IMG/VR virus record: IMGVR_UViG_3300035670_000025
Source: a virus
Reading direction: 5' to 3' (one strand)
DNA: 64,000 nt
Under the pieces are notes generated by a model, which saw only the letters and a list, made by a program, of their open reading frames with translations, ran no database searches and was not told the origin of the DNA. A program made the position numbers and the translations under genes. Shown here in pieces: positions 17,659-27,000 of the stretch (position 1 is its first letter; each line of letters starts with the position of its first letter).

Positions 17659-17687
17659 TTGACAAATACAGAGAGGTATGTTATTAT
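17659..17687 (+). promoter_or_regulatory. early promoter, back-to-back with a minus-strand late promoter (17639-17646)
   Basis: AAAAAAGTGC-TTGACA-N17-TATTAT with extended TG. Confidence 0.8.
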
Positions 17688-17713
17688 AGGTACATAATCA
17701 AGGAGGGACAAAA

Positions 17714-17977
17714 ATGGCCTTCACTGATCCGATGTTTCAACTTGGAATGAGGTTGACTATGCAATACTCAGAATTCACGGATACCGTAGTCCGAGTGGTT
17801 AGACTTATGGAGAAAGAAAAGTCTGTTCATTATGCTCTCGGATATATGATGCAATCATATATTTCACTTGCTAGTCGTACTAATAGATTGGAAAGTGAAC
17901 TGGAACATATGCAACAATTGGAGAGGGGATTGCGAGATATGCAATCTAGCATACCCACCTCTCAACAAAGTGCTTGA
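17714..17977 (+). CDS. hypothetical early protein
   Basis: AAGGAGG RBS. Confidence 0.7.
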   Translation: MAFTDPMFQLGMRLTMQYSEFTDTVVRVVRLMEKEKSVHYALGYMMQSYISLASRTNRLESELEHMQQLERGLRDMQSSIPTSQQSA

Positions 17978-18002
17978 CTTGAACTAAACCCTGTGCTATA
18001 GT
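17974..18002 (+). promoter_or_regulatory. early promoter
   Basis: AAAGTGC-TTGACT-N17-TATAGT; 24 bp identical to the 3531-3554 leader. Confidence 0.85.
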
Positions 18003-18032
18003 ATGAACATAATGATGAGAAAGGGAACAAAA

Positions 18033-18356
18033 ATGACTATCACTCTTACTGCTAATGAGAAGCTTGCTCTTCGTGGTATTATCTCTAGTCAGTTTCACGA
18101 TGGTAAGCACCCGGTTGGTAATCCTGTTTGGTCGCATTCTTGCAACCTCTTTGAAAAGAAGCGGTCATTTGCTGGTTCTACTTCTTCTCTTGTGAAGAAG
18201 GGACTGGCAGTTAAGGATGGTGTTGGTGAAGACGCAACTCTTACCATTACCCAACTTGGATATGATAGTTTTATGGCTGCTGAAGCACCCCAGAATACAG
18301 TTGATGCTTTGAAGCAGAATGCTGATGAGAAGAACGAAATGGCAGAAGCAGCATAA
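18033..18356 (+). CDS. hypothetical protein, possibly winged-helix-like
   Basis: LTANEKLAL...SLVKKGL...ITQLGY pattern. Confidence 0.65.
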   Translation: MTITLTANEKLALRGIISSQFHDGKHPVGNPVWSHSCNLFEKKRSFAGSTSSLVKKGLAVKDGVGEDATLTITQLGYDSFMAAEAPQNTVDALKQNADEKNEMAEAA

Positions 18357-18364
18357 CTCAAACG

Positions 18365-18393
18365 AGGCGGGAACTTCGGTTCCTGCCTTTTTT
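18365..18393 (+). terminator. Rho-independent terminator
   Basis: AGGCGGGAAC-TTCG-GTTCCTGCCT followed by a T-run. Confidence 0.9.
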
Positions 18394-18416
18394 GTTACCT
18401 AAATACCATACACAAT

Positions 18417-18905
18417 ATGGAGAACATCATGAACACATTCTATATGCTAGTTGGATTGCCAGGAAGTGGAAAAACAACATGGTGCCAGAACTTCAAAACT
18501 GACCAACCCACCACAATCATATCTACAGACGATATCATTCAAATGATTGCCGATAAACATCGATTAACTTACAATCAGATGTTTGACGATTTATCATATT
18601 CATTTGCAGAAAAGGTATCACATAAGATTGCACGATATGCATTTGATAGAAATGATGATGTGATATGGGACCAAGTTAATTTGACTTTCAAATCACGTGC
18701 AAAGAAACTTAAACTAGTTCCATCACATTATAAAAAGATTGCTGTATATTTTGATAATCCAACTGACTTAAATGAGAGATTAAAGAATAGACCTGGAAAG
18801 ATAATTCCCGTAGAAGTTCTTTCTAGAATGATTGTGACTCGTGATTTTCCATTAAAAGAAGAAGGGTTTGATGAAATACAGTTTGCCCAAAATGAAAGGA
18901 ATTGA
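18417..18905 (+). CDS. P-loop kinase (AAA_33 / polynucleotide-kinase-like)
   Basis: VGLPGSGKTT, ISTDD, IWDQVNL, EEGFDEI. Confidence 0.85.
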   Translation: MENIMNTFYMLVGLPGSGKTTWCQNFKTDQPTTIISTDDIIQMIADKHRLTYNQMFDDLSYSFAEKVSHKIARYAFDRNDDVIWDQVNLTFKSRAKKLKLVPSHYKKIAVYFDNPTDLNERLKNRPGKIIPVEVLSRMIVTRDFPLKEEGFDEIQFAQNERN

Positions 18906-18906
18906 A

Positions 18907-19470
18907 ATGACTGAACTTGCATTGAGAGATTTTTGTGCTGTTATTGATGGGACTATGACTCCAGAATTATGTGAGCAATTAATTTCATTATTTGAAAACA
19001 ACCCGGAACTTCACCAACGTTTTGATTTAAACAAAACACCAAACTTCACACAACTAAATTTCACACAACATAGTTCTATTGATACTGCTTTACATAATAA
19101 GGTTGTTGATCATTTGATTGCTGCTGTTCAAGTTTACAGAAAGAATGTGCCAGAAACATTTTTTTGGAAACCTGGATTTTCTTTTGAACAAGTACGAATT
19201 AAGAAGTATTTGAATGATGGAAATGATTTGTTTGATACCCATGTTGATGCATCATCATCTGAAACAATGAAAAGGTTTTTTGCTTTCTTTTGGTATTTAA
19301 ACGATGTTGATGAAGGTGGGGAAACTGAATTTTTAAATTTAGATTTAAAGGTAAAACCAAAGGCAGGAAGATTAGTAATGTTTCCTCCGATGTGGATGTA
19401 TCCGCATAAGGGGCATCCACCGATTTCAAACAACAAATATTTGTTGAGCACCTATCTACATTTCTCTTGA
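18907..19470 (+). CDS. 2OG-Fe(II) oxygenase (prolyl-hydroxylase-like)
   Basis: HVD, YLNDVDEGGETEF, FPP.WMYPH.G, KY. Confidence 0.9.
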   Translation: MTELALRDFCAVIDGTMTPELCEQLISLFENNPELHQRFDLNKTPNFTQLNFTQHSSIDTALHNKVVDHLIAAVQVYRKNVPETFFWKPGFSFEQVRIKKYLNDGNDLFDTHVDASSSETMKRFFAFFWYLNDVDEGGETEFLNLDLKVKPKAGRLVMFPPMWMYPHKGHPPISNNKYLLSTYLHFS

Positions 19471-19497
19471 CAACAAGATAACGATGAGATATAAATA
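19467..19497 (+). promoter_or_regulatory. overlapping early and late promoter for the tmRNA
   Basis: TTGACA (19467)-N17-TATAAA, whose -10 lies within TATAAATA (19490-19497). Confidence 0.7.
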
Positions 19498-19499
19498 AC

Positions 19500-19830
19500 C
19501 CTACATCGTTGAGATTATTAACGATTGATTCGGACTGGAGGGCAGTACTCCACGTCTCCACCATAGATACACTATCGTCTAAGAAAGCAGTAGGACACAG
19601 GGACGGAGTGCGGAGATTCCTGGAATGTGAGTGCCAATCTCACTAGTGTATCTTTGATGGGGACGAAATAGTTTCGACGGGTCAAGAGAAGGTAATGGAG
19701 ATGTCCCGTGCAAACTGGGTTAACGTAAGAAAAAACTTAGGTGTCGCAAATGATAACGCACCATTTGAAACTCGCCTAGCAGCATAGTTTCATTGGGTTT
19801 GGTAGTTTTCCTCGAAACAGAAAAACTACC
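19500..19830 (+). ncRNA. ssrA: circularly permuted two-piece tmRNA, alphaproteobacterial type (ends approximate)
   Basis: T arm TGGAG-GGCAGTA-CTCCA, then CGTCTCC-A-CCA ending at 19563; coding piece starts GGGGACG at 19659 (G3-U70 Ala pair); helix TTGATTCG/CGGGTCAA; tag ANDNAPFETRLAA* at 19746-19787; 3' hairpin GGTAGTTTT/AAAACTACC. Confidence 0.95.
19565..19653 (+). ncRNA. tRNA-like cloverleaf inside the tmRNA intervening segment
   Basis: 10-bp stem AGATACACTA/TAGTGTATCT, D stem GTCT/GGAC, CAGGGA/TTCCTG with a 13-nt loop, T arm GTGAG-TGCCAAT-CTCAC. Confidence 0.7.
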
Positions 19831-19841
19831 ATTATTTTTTT

Positions 19842-21122
19842 ATGGAGATAGCAATGCAAATTGTAAAGGTTTTATCTACAGGTAAAGATTATATAACCGT
19901 TGAAATTTCTGATGGTTCAAAACTGAAAAGATCACAAGGAACGATTTCATGGAGATGTAATAATCCAGGCAATTTAAAATTTGGAACTTTTGCAAAACAA
20001 TATGGTGCTATTGGAAAAGATAATAAAGGACATGCTATATTTCCTACTTACGAACATGGAAATAAAGCAAAACACGATTTGTTATTTTCTCCAACAACAC
20101 GATATTATAACTTATCATTGATTAATGCTATTAAAATTTATGCTCCAGAATATGATAATAACAATCCAACAGCATATGCTAAATTTCTATCAGACAAAAC
20201 TGGCATAGACATAAATACAAAACTATCTTCATTAACTGAAGAACAAAGAATTTCACTTCTTTCATATATTCAAATTTATGAAGGATTTAAAGAAGGTATT
20301 GTTGAAAAAATGTCAACCAAAAATATGAATAATTCTTATATCCAACAATTTCTAAAAGATGAAGGCATCTTTAATGGAAATGTTGATGGTATCATCGGAC
20401 CACAATCTCTTTCTGCAATTAGAAGATATTTAATAAAACAAGGAATTGGTATTAAAAGATGGACCAGATACAGATTGCTTATTGGTATAGAACAAAGCAT
20501 TTATAAAAAAGAAGGATTTGATACTGGTCCTATTGACGGGTTTGTGGGAGAACAAACAAGATTTGCAAGAGAACAATGGGAAGCAAAGGGAAAAGATCCA
20601 AGCATTCTTCATAACGTCTCTCTTTGGAGAGATATTAATATTATCACTCCTAAAAATGATTGGCCAAGACAACAAGACTGTTTGAAATACTTTGGCAAAC
20701 CAGGAGAGAACCAAACCAAAATACAATTACCCTGGGATATGTACATTGCATGGGATAAGAAAAAAGTTATTAAATCATTTTCTTGTCATGAAAAAGTTCA
20801 CGATTCAATGTTACGTTGTTTAGAAAGAATTGGTGATGCTTATCCAGATGCCAGTGTTAGAAGAAAACTAGGTATTGACTTATGGGGTGGATGTCTTAAT
20901 GTACGGAAAATGCGTGGTGGTTCCTCATGGTCAATGCATTCATGGGGCATTGCCGTTGATTTTGATCCTGATAGAAACCAATTGAGATGGGGAAGAGATA
21001 AGGCAAGATTAGCAAAACCTGATTGTGAACTTTTTTGGAAAATATGGGAAGAAGAAGGTTGGATATCATTAGGAAGATCACGCAATTTTGACTGGATGCA
21101 TGTTCAGGCAGCAAGACTTTAG
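19842..21122 (+). CDS. multidomain endolysin: lysozyme-like N-terminus, peptidoglycan-binding segment, M15 peptidase
   Basis: RCNNPGNLK...YAPEYDNNNP; two DGxxG motifs (VDGIIG, IDGFVG); R.MRGG..WSMHSWGIAVD...DWMHVQ. Confidence 0.85.
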   Translation: MEIAMQIVKVLSTGKDYITVEISDGSKLKRSQGTISWRCNNPGNLKFGTFAKQYGAIGKDNKGHAIFPTYEHGNKAKHDLLFSPTTRYYNLSLINAIKIYAPEYDNNNPTAYAKFLSDKTGIDINTKLSSLTEEQRISLLSYIQIYEGFKEGIVEKMSTKNMNNSYIQQFLKDEGIFNGNVDGIIGPQSLSAIRRYLIKQGIGIKRWTRYRLLIGIEQSIYKKEGFDTGPIDGFVGEQTRFAREQWEAKGKDPSILHNVSLWRDINIITPKNDWPRQQDCLKYFGKPGENQTKIQLPWDMYIAWDKKKVIKSFSCHEKVHDSMLRCLERIGDAYPDASVRRKLGIDLWGGCLNVRKMRGGSSWSMHSWGIAVDFDPDRNQLRWGRDKARLAKPDCELFWKIWEEEGWISLGRSRNFDWMHVQAARL

Positions 21123-21164
21123 TAACAAACCAATATGGTTAAAGGAGGTAGATGATAAAAAGAA

Positions 21165-21557
21165 ATGTTAAAACACCAGCACTTGATTATTAGAGCAGAA
21201 ATTGCCAATCCACCATACGAAGAAGACTTAGATTATATGCATGTTTGGTTCAAAGATTTAATTGAATCGATTAACATGAAGATATTATCTGGTCCACATG
21301 TCGTATATTGTAATATGCCCGGAAACAGAGGATTCACTGGTGTTTGTTGTATTGAAACCTCGCACATTGCCATGCATATTTGGGATGAAGATAATCCTTC
21401 CATAATTCAATTGGATGTTTATACTTGTTCAACCCTTGATATAGATGTTGTATTCAATAAGATGAAGAGATTTACTCCTAAGTTAATTGACTACACATAT
21501 ATAGATAGAGATAATAAACTAGAAATCATAGGTGGTGGAAAGTTTAAATATGAGTAA
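21165..21557 (+). CDS. speD: S-adenosylmethionine decarboxylase proenzyme
   Basis: GFTG...IETSHIAMHIWDE...LDVYTC. Confidence 0.85.
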   Translation: MLKHQHLIIRAEIANPPYEEDLDYMHVWFKDLIESINMKILSGPHVVYCNMPGNRGFTGVCCIETSHIAMHIWDEDNPSIIQLDVYTCSTLDIDVVFNKMKRFTPKLIDYTYIDRDNKLEIIGGGKFKYE

Positions 21558-21783
21558 GATCGTAATGGAAAGTATTTTACAAGTGAGCAGCACAATTGAA
21601 AAGTTTGTTAGAGATAATAACATTTCTTATATTGATGCCTGTATAATGTATTGTGAAAAAACTGGACTTGAGATAGAATACATTGGTGAAATCTTGGAAA
21701 AGAATCAACATATCAAACTTCTCATTCAACAAGAAGCAGAAGATCTTCATTTTCTAAAAAGAACAGGAACAATACTAGCATGA
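21550..21783 (+). CDS. 33: late transcription coactivator gp33
   Basis: IEKFV...ISYIDAC..YCE...I..EAEDLHFLK; position upstream of 59 and 32. Confidence 0.85.
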   Translation: MSKIVMESILQVSSTIEKFVRDNNISYIDACIMYCEKTGLEIEYIGEILEKNQHIKLLIQQEAEDLHFLKRTGTILA

Positions 21784-22445
21784 AAACCTTAAATAGCATC
21801 CTTTATCCATACACAAGTATCTGGGATTCAGATGTGTGGGATAAGGATGTTATTTTTGAATCTAATATTCCTGAACCTAAAATTGTAAAAACAAAACATA
21901 CTGATGGCAGCAATATTTCTCAACATGAACACATTTATCCTTTTGAACATGAAGGGCATAAGGGTGAAGTATCAATAACACATTATCTTCCTACCGATCC
22001 AAAAAAACCAGTCAAGTTTGAAGAAGAGGAAAATGAACCCGGTGCTGTTGATATATCTTTTTCTTTTGGTAAAGATAAGTATAGAAGTATTAATAAAGGA
22101 AAATATCCTCCAGCAACAAGAGCAGCAGTTGGTGCTAAGATTAGAGGTATAATACAAAATCATATTCTCACTCGTGGAAAACAATTTGCTGATGAAATGA
22201 AGCAGAATGGTATCCCAACATTTTTGAGAGCAGAAGCATATGAACCAGGTTTTGGAAAACCAAGTTTACATAAAGCAGCAAAAGCAAAACACATAGCATA
22301 CCAAAAGATGTTTACTTCTCTTGCTAAAAAGTATCCAGATGTTTTTCATCCTTTCCGAAAACCAGAAGATACTGGTTATGAAGATATCGTTAATGCATTT
22401 CCAAAACTTTATTTACATTATAAACAAAAAAACATTTTATCATGA
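21780..22445 (+). CDS. hypothetical protein inserted between genes 33 and 59
   Basis: 221-aa ORF with ATGA overlaps at both ends. Confidence 0.75.
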   Translation: MKTLNSILYPYTSIWDSDVWDKDVIFESNIPEPKIVKTKHTDGSNISQHEHIYPFEHEGHKGEVSITHYLPTDPKKPVKFEEEENEPGAVDISFSFGKDKYRSINKGKYPPATRAAVGAKIRGIIQNHILTRGKQFADEMKQNGIPTFLRAEAYEPGFGKPSLHKAAKAKHIAYQKMFTSLAKKYPDVFHPFRKPEDTGYEDIVNAFPKLYLHYKQKNILS

Positions 22446-23029
22446 AACCATTTGAGGCATTTTTGTTATATGTTGCTTTAAAGAATCATTTTACACAGAA
22501 GACTTATGATTTTCATAAGTATCAAGGTAAAACAAAAGTAACAGATAAACATTATCAAAAAAGAAAAGATAAGTATTACTTTCAAAAATTAGCAAAGCAT
22601 AGAGATCCACAAGGATATTTGATTGCTAATTTTATTGAGAATCCTACCTTTTGGGCAGGTGAAATATCTCACAATCAAGAGAGCACTAAGATATATCAAT
22701 CTTGGACAAAACGAGTGCAATCATTGCATTATAATTTTGAACAAGATATGAAGAAATTGTTCTTGACTTGCTCTTTAGAAGACCTTATAAAGGTTCCTGA
22801 TGACGGACATCCAACATGTATTGTCAAATATCTACAAAAGGAAATATCATTAGAATCCTTAATACTATTTGTTGTAGCATGTCGTTGTTATTCATATTGG
22901 AATAAACATCTTGCAAAAGATGTTGTTTGGAATTCTGTAGGAAAGGTTATTGTTAAGTATAAACCTTTCTTGCAGATAGAAAGTCAAAAGTGTAAGACTG
23001 TTGTGAAGTTGTTAGTAAATGCTGTATAA
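22442..23029 (+). CDS. 59: helicase loader gp59
   Basis: YVALKNHFT..YDFHKYQGK, RKDKYYFQKLA, ISLES, KYKPFL. Confidence 0.92.
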   Translation: MKPFEAFLLYVALKNHFTQKTYDFHKYQGKTKVTDKHYQKRKDKYYFQKLAKHRDPQGYLIANFIENPTFWAGEISHNQESTKIYQSWTKRVQSLHYNFEQDMKKLFLTCSLEDLIKVPDDGHPTCIVKYLQKEISLESLILFVVACRCYSYWNKHLAKDVVWNSVGKVIVKYKPFLQIESQKCKTVVKLLVNAV

Positions 23030-23103
23030 ATAACATTGTGAATGCTTTGTTATGGATACAATAATACAATAATATAAACAATACAGATAATACGGAGAAA
23101 ATC
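23025..23103 (+). promoter_or_regulatory. late promoter and A-rich gene 32 leader (likely autogenous translational operator)
   Basis: TATAAATA at 23025-23032; reiterated ATACA/ATAAT unstructured leader before GGAG. Confidence 0.6.
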
Positions 23104-24006
23104 ATGGTAAATACATCCTTTGCTGATCTTAAGAAGTCACGTCAAGCACAAATCGAAAAGCTAACCCAAGAAATCAATAAGGTTAGCACTCCCCAACAAA
23201 GCAATAATGGTCCAGATGAAAGGTTCTGGGAACCAACGGTAGATAAGGCAGGTAATGGTTATGCTGTTATTCGTTTTCTACCTGCACCAAAGGGAGAAGA
23301 TTTTCCGTTTGTTCGTGTATTTTCTCATGGATTTAAGGGACCATCAGGTTCTTGGTACATTGAGAATTCATTAACTACGATTGGCAAGTCTGATCCAGTC
23401 AGTGATTATAACACAACACTTTGGAACTCTGGTTCTGAAGCAGACAAGGAACAGGCAAGAGCACAGAAGCGTAAGTTGCATTTTATCTCTAACATCCTTG
23501 TAGTTAAGGATTCAGAGAATCCTGAGAATGAAGGTAAGGTATTTCTATACAAGTATGGTAAGAAGATTTTTGATAAGATCAATTATCTTATGGACCCAGA
23601 ATTTGATGATGAAGCACCAGTAAATCCTTTTGATTTTTGGGAAGGTGCAAATTTCAAGTTAAAGATTCGTAAGGTTGACGGATATCGTAACTATGATAAG
23701 TCAGAGTTTGATTCTTCTTCAGCAATTTCGGATGATGACGATGAACTTGAGGCAATTTGGAAGCAACAACATTCTCTACAAGAATTTATTGATCCAAAGA
23801 ACTTTAAGACTTACGAAGAACTAAAGACAAAACTTGATCGAGTTCTTGGTTTAACTAATGTTCCTGGTAAACTTGTTGAACTTACAGCAGAAGCACCAAA
23901 GGGTAAGCAAAAGTTTACTGAGAAGACCAAAGAATCAAAGACAGAAATGGCATTTGATGATGATGATGATGACCTAGAGCACATTCTAGGTAAGATCAAG
24001 GATTGA
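23104..24006 (+). CDS. 32: single-stranded DNA-binding protein gp32
   Basis: DERFW, GNGYAVIRFLP, WYIENSLTT, GKVFLYKYGKKIFDK, GANFKLKI, acidic tail. Confidence 0.97.
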   Translation: MVNTSFADLKKSRQAQIEKLTQEINKVSTPQQSNNGPDERFWEPTVDKAGNGYAVIRFLPAPKGEDFPFVRVFSHGFKGPSGSWYIENSLTTIGKSDPVSDYNTTLWNSGSEADKEQARAQKRKLHFISNILVVKDSENPENEGKVFLYKYGKKIFDKINYLMDPEFDDEAPVNPFDFWEGANFKLKIRKVDGYRNYDKSEFDSSSAISDDDDELEAIWKQQHSLQEFIDPKNFKTYEELKTKLDRVLGLTNVPGKLVELTAEAPKGKQKFTEKTKESKTEMAFDDDDDDLEHILGKIKD

Positions 24007-24021
24007 TCTTTTGGTAATAGG

Positions 24022-24049
24022 AGAGAGGCATTTCTGCCTCTCTTTTTTT
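24022..24049. terminator. terminator between convergent gene 32 and the tail gene block
   Basis: AGAGAGGCA-TTTC-TGCCTCTCT followed by a T-run. Confidence 0.85.
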
Positions 24050-27000
24050 ATACAAAACAACGTCCGTAGGAACCTGAACCACCTGAACCTGGAGATTCTC
24101 CTGCTGATTCTGGATGATTACCACCACCTCCTGAACTTGTTGATGGGCCTGGAGAACCTGATCTACCTGTTGATTCTTGTGGTGTTTTTGGTCCTGTATA
24201 TTGTTCTGCTGGGGTTGCTGCTGGAGGAGTTTGTGCTTGTTGTAGTGCTGCTGCGGATTCTGCTGCCGCCGCTCCTCCTTCAGATGGCATTCCTGCTGCT
24301 GCTCCTCCCATATAACCTCCAGTAATTCCTGCAATTGTTCCTGGTGCTGCTGGAGGTGCAGGAATAGGAGGAGTTTGTGGTTGTGGTGCTATCATTATTC
24401 CAGGAACGGGAGTTGGACCAGAAGGAATTGAAGGAACCGGTGGTCCTGGTGGTCCTGGTGGACCTGGAGGAACTGGTGGTGGAGGCGGTGTTGTTGTTGG
24501 TGCTGCTTGTGCTGGTGCTGGTGCAGTTGGTGCCCCTGGTGCTGGTGTTGCTACTGGTGCTGGTGCTGGTGTTGCTCCTGGTGTTGGTGCAGTTGGTGCT
24601 CCTGGTGCTGGTGCAGGAGTAACAGAAGGAGGAATTGCATTTGGGGTGGAGTTTTGTGGACCAAAAAGTCTTAACATTCCAGGAGTAAAAGGCGGAGCAA
24701 CTCCTTGAGTCGCAGGAGTAACACCTTGTTGTTGAGGAAAGAATTCTTTATGTTTATCAATAAAGAATTGACGAGTTTTTTCAAGTTCTGCCATTTTTTT
24801 AGATGCAAATTCTTTAAATAAGTCAGAGTTTATAATTTTCTCTAAAGAGTCCAATCCATAAAATTCAATTTCTTTTTGATATGATTGTTTGAATTTTTCC
24901 ATCAATCCTCTTTCAACAAATCTGTTAGAGGCATCATATCCTTTTTTATATCTGGATCTATCTTTTTCAGGAAGACCTTCAACAAACTTTATAGTGTCCA
25001 AATTTGCAAGAAGTTCTTCGTTTCTCATAGAATAAGGGGCCCTTTGTAAACTATATTCTAATGCGGCACGTTCTTCTGGTGTTGCTGTTCCTTTTTTGAT
25101 TTTCTCTTCTATTTTTTTTCTTACGTTATATCTTAATTGATGTCCTCTTTCATGTACAATTGTCGTTGCAGTTTCTCCATATTCCCTTAAAGTTAAAGCA
25201 GGATTAACAGTTACTTTGCCTTTTTGATGGAATCCAAGGGGCGCCCTACCATGTCCTGTCATTCCAAACTTAAATGTACTTTCTTTTTTAGGTCCAGTTG
25301 CTTCGGGCAATCCAGGAAACATTCCTTGAAATGCTTCTGCACCAGGACCAACAATAGATGTTCCTGGCATAATAGAAATTCCTGCTCCGGGTTTTAAATT
25401 TAATGACGATAAATTTTCAGGAACTTTGTTTGGTGCCATTCCCGTTTCTGGTATAGTATAAGCACTTGATGGATTTTTTGGGTCGTAGAAATTTTGACCA
25501 AATTTTGGTATTGGTTCAATGTGCCATGGTTCAAAAAGTCTACTTCTTCCTCCTCCCATCATAGGAAAATGTAATCCAAACTTTCTAGCATTTTCATGAA
25601 CCCATTTTCCTGCGGCAGTATTATGGAAATTTTTAAATCCACCAAAATCTACTGCTTCTCCTCTTACATGAGGCGCTCTAGAAGATGGTTTTGCGGCCAT
25701 TCCAGGAGATCTTGCATATATTTGTGCTTGTGTTTTTATACTTCTCCATGCTGATGTGATTGATAATTGTTGTCTTAGTTCTGGCGGCATAGCATTATAC
25801 ATTGCCATCAATCTTGCTCTAAATTCTAGAGAAAGATTGTTCCAAGAACTTCTTTCTCCTCTTGAGGATGCTCCACCTACCATTCTTATTGGTGCTCTTC
25901 CTTCCCCTGGTTGAGGTTGAGGTTGAGGTTGAGGTTGTACACCAGAAGTTATTCCTCCTCCAGGACCAAGACTTGCTCCTTCAGGCAATCCAAAAAAACC
26001 ACCAACTCGGGGCAACATAGATGTTGCTCCTGGTGCTGGTGTTGCTCCTGGTGTTGGTGCTGCTCCTGATGTTGGTGTTCCTGTTGGAGGTGAAGGAACT
26101 ACAAATCCCCCGGCTTCAAGCATTTTTCTATATTTTTCTATGTTTTCTGCGGTTAAACTTGGTATTTTTTTTGCTTTGCCCAGTTCTTCTGGTTTATTGT
26201 ATAAAAACTCACCACGAACCATAGAACCATGTTGTCCAGATCTAGGCCACGCAAAATTGTGCATTGCGGGATTTCCTGATGGATCGACTGCTTGTTTTCT
26301 ACCGGCAAGAACTTCTCCTAAAGCGGATTCCAACATTCTCATCATTTCTGGATTTTTTCTTATTGCCTCTTGCGCTGCTGAAGTTTTTCCCTTTAAGTGA
26401 GGTTCAAAATAATGTGCTAAACCAAAAATTTCTTTTGATAATACATTATTTGATCTTCCTGCGGCCCTATTAAATATTGTTTCCATAATATCTGCAAAAT
26501 CTTCTTTTCTTTTTTTATTTGCTTCATTATATACAAGAGCAAAAAGTCTCTCTTTATTTTCTGGAGACATCTGATTAAAAAATGCTGATCTATCAACACC
26601 ACCCACCTGAAATGCATTAACTTGCGCCCCTGGAGAATATCCTTGTCCAGTGCCAACACCTCTACCTCCTGCACTAGTAGATTCTGCACCACCACCGGCA
26701 GTTGTACCACCACCAGTTGTTTCTCTACCTCCTACATTTGTTCCTTCTCTTCCAACATTCGCAGTTGGTCCTGTAGTATATCCAGCAGCATTTCCACCAC
26801 CTGTAGCATAACCACCACTTGGCATTCCAGGAACACCTGCAACACCACCATAACCACCCAATGGCATAGCACCACGAGCAGCAACTGCCTCTGGTTGACC
26901 TAACCTACCCATATGTCCTGGTAAGAACTCAAACCCTCTAGGTAATTGTCCAAACTGAAGGAATTGGGACTTCTCACGTTCAATCATCTGACGATCAAAT

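Noticed and set aside
19199-19564. Minus-strand 121-aa ORF and other antisense ORFs over well-supported genes
   Set aside because: They overlap the oxygenase, tmRNA or core genes and have no RBS or motifs
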